A stretch of 64,000 nucleotides of DNA, from the NCBI RefSeq assembly GCF_009914755.1, contig NC_060933.1. The stretch is one strand, 5' to 3'. Made by a program: the position numbers and the translations under genes. The stretch's first letter is position 1, and every line of letters starts with the position of its first letter. The notes under the pieces were generated by a model. That model did no database searches. It was not told the origin of the DNA and saw nothing but the letters and a program-made list of their open reading frames with translations. This document shows, in pieces, positions 60,766-64,000 of the stretch. The stretch is from the human T2T-CHM13v2.0 reference genome, Homo sapiens.

Positions 60766-62858
60766 TTTTTTATCCCTTCTTAACCCTCTTTTTGCCCTCA
60801 TTAAATTTTAATCGAACATCACAATTATCTTCTTTTCCAAAATACGGTCAAGTGCAAACATTTCAAACTTGAATTTAGCACTTTTTCTAAGCCAAGACAA
60901 TCAGTCTATACCAATACCAATTTGGCATGCCCTCGCACAAATGTGATATTCAATATAAAAGTGGGTTGCAAGAAGCAAAGAATCAGAAATTGTAATAAAG
61001 TAGAGGAGGGGAAAAATTCTAATGGAATTCAGAACCAAAATTGAGTTGTCCAAATCTATTGTTTATATGTGGGTTTAATTTTACCAGAACTGCTTGCTCA
61101 GCTTCATATAAATCCAGGAAAAAAAAGCCACTTTCACATGAAGAAATATGAACTGGAATTCAGAATACAGCAAAGAAAAAAAAATTCAGCTCTCATCTGT
61201 CTACATGAGCAAAATTATTTCACTAATGTTCTTTCTGATTCATGGTTTCTACTTTGTGATAGCTTTAGATGGAGTCCACAGAAACTAAAAGGTCTCTGTT
61301 GCAGCAGAAGAGTATGAATAGTTTGCTCTTCCTATTAGGTGAGGGATGGCAAGTAAGTTACTGGTATCTCCAAAGACAGAAGAATGCTGGGTTTGCAAAT
61401 TTGCCACCTGTAAACTAGCCTTCTTAGGTTGAGGTGAAACAAATATATTCAGGGGCCTATCCAAAGATAGCAGACAGTGTACAGTTTCTGTCTGATAAGT
61501 GCTATGCATCACTTTATTTTAGATCTTTGCATTCTTCTCAGTTTAGAGAATACAAACAAAACTCAGTGAGACAAGTCATATAAAAAAGATGCTAAACATT
61601 ATCCTCACCACACCCTTCCCTCCACTCCCCCACCTACCTTCTTTTTAAATTCTAACTATAAAAAAAGGAAAAAAAGAACTTGTATACGCTTCTAATTATG
61701 TGGCAGTTGTTCCTGAGCTGGGAATACATATTCCTAGATGGTAGACAGGTTGCCTCAGACTGCAGACAAGTTTTCTCAACTGCCAATGCCCAGCAGAATT
61801 CTCAAAGGAAGGGATGAGGAGCTATCTCCTTCTGCAGCAGCTATGTCCTTAGAATGTTCAATTGAAACATCCTTTTGCTAGTATAAGCCATAGCCTGCTT
61901 ACAATTTGGCTACCAGCTTGGGTTCTGCCCTACTGAGTTGTATAAAATAAGTGTGTTTCTTCTCCATCACGGCTCTTCAAAGTCTTGATGTTCCCTCTTG
62001 GTTTATTTTGTTCTTTACTACACAGGACATTATTCCTTATAACCAATCCACTCAGAAAGCATCACACTTCTGCATAACTACAAAAATATGGCATTGATAT
62101 CTTAAGGAACACCAAAAAAATGTATCTGTAGGGAATAGACAACTCTAATCCTTTCTCCCCATAAGTATTTCTTTCTAACACGGCTGAAATGCAGACTTGC
62201 TTGTAGATGTCCAACAAGAAAACAAATGCTAGAAACATTTCCAAAAGAATTAACTTTCATAGAGTTAAGCTTTATCCCTATTGGCAGATCTCCATAAAGG
62301 AAATTTTCTGTCCAAACGTGACATCCACACCTCTAGTACATAAAGCTGTTCTTTAGGTCAGATAAGTCAGTAGGTTAGTAATAATGAGTTGCATTTCTAA
62401 GTGGGGTCTATAAAGGAATTCAGAGTGGTGAGAAGCCCTAGATCTATCAAAGGTAGACTTAAAGCACCAACCTATACATTCAACGCAACTGTTGTAAATT
62501 AATGTTTCCCATCAAAAATGATACATTTTATTAACTGGCATCATACATTTCAAAGCCAGATGTGCTGTGTATATTCATGTGATAACAGAAGATGAATGTT
62601 TTCTGCATAGATCCTCTTGAATTTGGTTCTTTATGAAATGCTGAACAATTTTTCCCTTTGCTTTTGAGTTTATCGAAGCCACAACATAAAAATCATTCTT
62701 TAGGTGAAGAAGCTGATTTTGAGTTATTTTCACTGAATATTGTTTTCTTTATTACAAATGTCCAGGCTTTCTCTATTCCCTAAGTCAAGATACTTTGTAG
62801 TCTGACCTAAACTGTAAAGGAGATAAAATGGAAATTTTTAGATACTGACATACAGCTA

Positions 62859-62960
62859 TGAGATTGGCACAAGGGTAACTGCTGTTTTTGCCATTAAAAA
62901 TAATTATTTTAATGACAAAAACTGCAATTACTTACCACAGTTACTTTTGCACCAGTTTAA
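62859..62960. mobile_element. MADE1 (Hsmar1-derived MITE)
   Basis: Palindromic ttggcacaagggtaactgctgtttttgccatt...aatgacaaaaactgcaattact..tttgcacca, flanked by TA. Confidence 0.85.
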
Positions 62961-64000
62961 TACTTAAAAAGCAAAGGGGGGTTTGCTTCTTGAAAACAAT
63001 TTGATGCATTAATTTTCCACAAAGTTCCCATCAGATGTCATCAAATTCAACACACTGTGCAGATGGGAAAAGACTGACTATTGAAACAATTAACTATTGT
63101 GAGTCATTTCCTCAATCTGCTTTTGTTTTAGCCAAGATGTCAAGTGGTGACAGACACTGTTAAATTTCACAAACTCTACTGTCTTCTTGGAAATAGCATA
63201 ATACAATTGACATAGCTCAGCTTGATAAATCTGCCAAACTAATGGTGAGGACTCTTTCCTTCTACTTTTCAATGCCAAAATCCAAAGATATTATGCAGAA
63301 CCTATTCAACAAGAAGAGGACAAAGTCCATTTTGTTCTATCTGAATAGTCCCACTTCATCACCTGCTGGCTCTTAGTTTCCCAATCTCTTTGAATCGAAG
63401 CTGAAATGAACAAGGTAAAAATTTCATTTATTCAATCTCCACTATCTCACATAAAGGTCATCATGGAGCCTGAATTTTTCTGAAGTCTGCCATTTGCTTC
63501 AGCTTGGCCTGAAAGTTTCTACCTTAGATGACCCAGTTTACCACTTACCACTTTAGATGACTTTTAGATAATCAAAAGCCACTTGCCCTAATGTAACTAA
63601 AACATTATCTTGGATATATGACTTTACTATTCATGGGCAGCATGTCATTTGCATGTCTAAGGAGGAGGGGGACAAAACCCCCCCATGATGGTCTTGTTCC
63701 AATCAGGGAAAAGGACTCCTAGGCAGCTTCTCCAGCACAAGCTTCCAAATCACTACCTATTCTTTTGTCACTTTTATTTTCATGGTACATAGCTCACTAC
63801 CTTCTAGAACTCATCTCTGACTGACTCTGGAGGAAAGAACAGTAAGACCTCAGGAACCCAGGTAAGCCAGGAACAAGGCCACGGCCCACTCTCCAAGGTA
63901 AGAAAGGAGTTCGGGGATTCCAGCCAGCTGCAACAGCCAGCTTCAGGCAAATAAAAGGTGACCATTCCAGATGTACAAAGGCAACAGCTGACCCAAGATT

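Noticed and set aside
63551-63590. 39-nt minus-strand segment with a gtaagt donor
   Set aside because: Stops in all three frames and a weak acceptor.

Overview
Primate (human-like) nuclear genomic DNA. It is AT-rich and CpG-depleted and dominated by interspersed repeats: L1 of several ages, Alu J/S/Y, THE1/MST/MLT LTRs, LTR13, an ERVL-like remnant, L2, MIR, MER20 and MADE1. I cannot support any intact protein-coding gene, RNA gene or CRISPR array; most ORFs in the track are L1 ORF2 fragments, Alu or LTR read-throughs, or microsatellite artefacts. Subfamily names come from recalled consensus sequences, not from a search. The most interesting signals: (1) a plus-strand, purine-rich, exon-like region at ~36.8-48.7 kb that may be a decayed multi-exon gene, interrupted by an AluY and a THE1 LTR; (2) a 133-bp near-identical tract with private variants shared by two Alus 2 kb apart, a likely gene conversion; (3) multi-layer nested insertions with intact target-site duplications (TSDs); (4) a tail-to-tail L1/L1 junction at homologous RT sequence; (5) a 54-bp MLT1-terminus copy embedded in an unrelated LTR; (6) several splice-flanked minus-strand micro-exon candidates. 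None is confirmed without cross-species alignment or transcript data.
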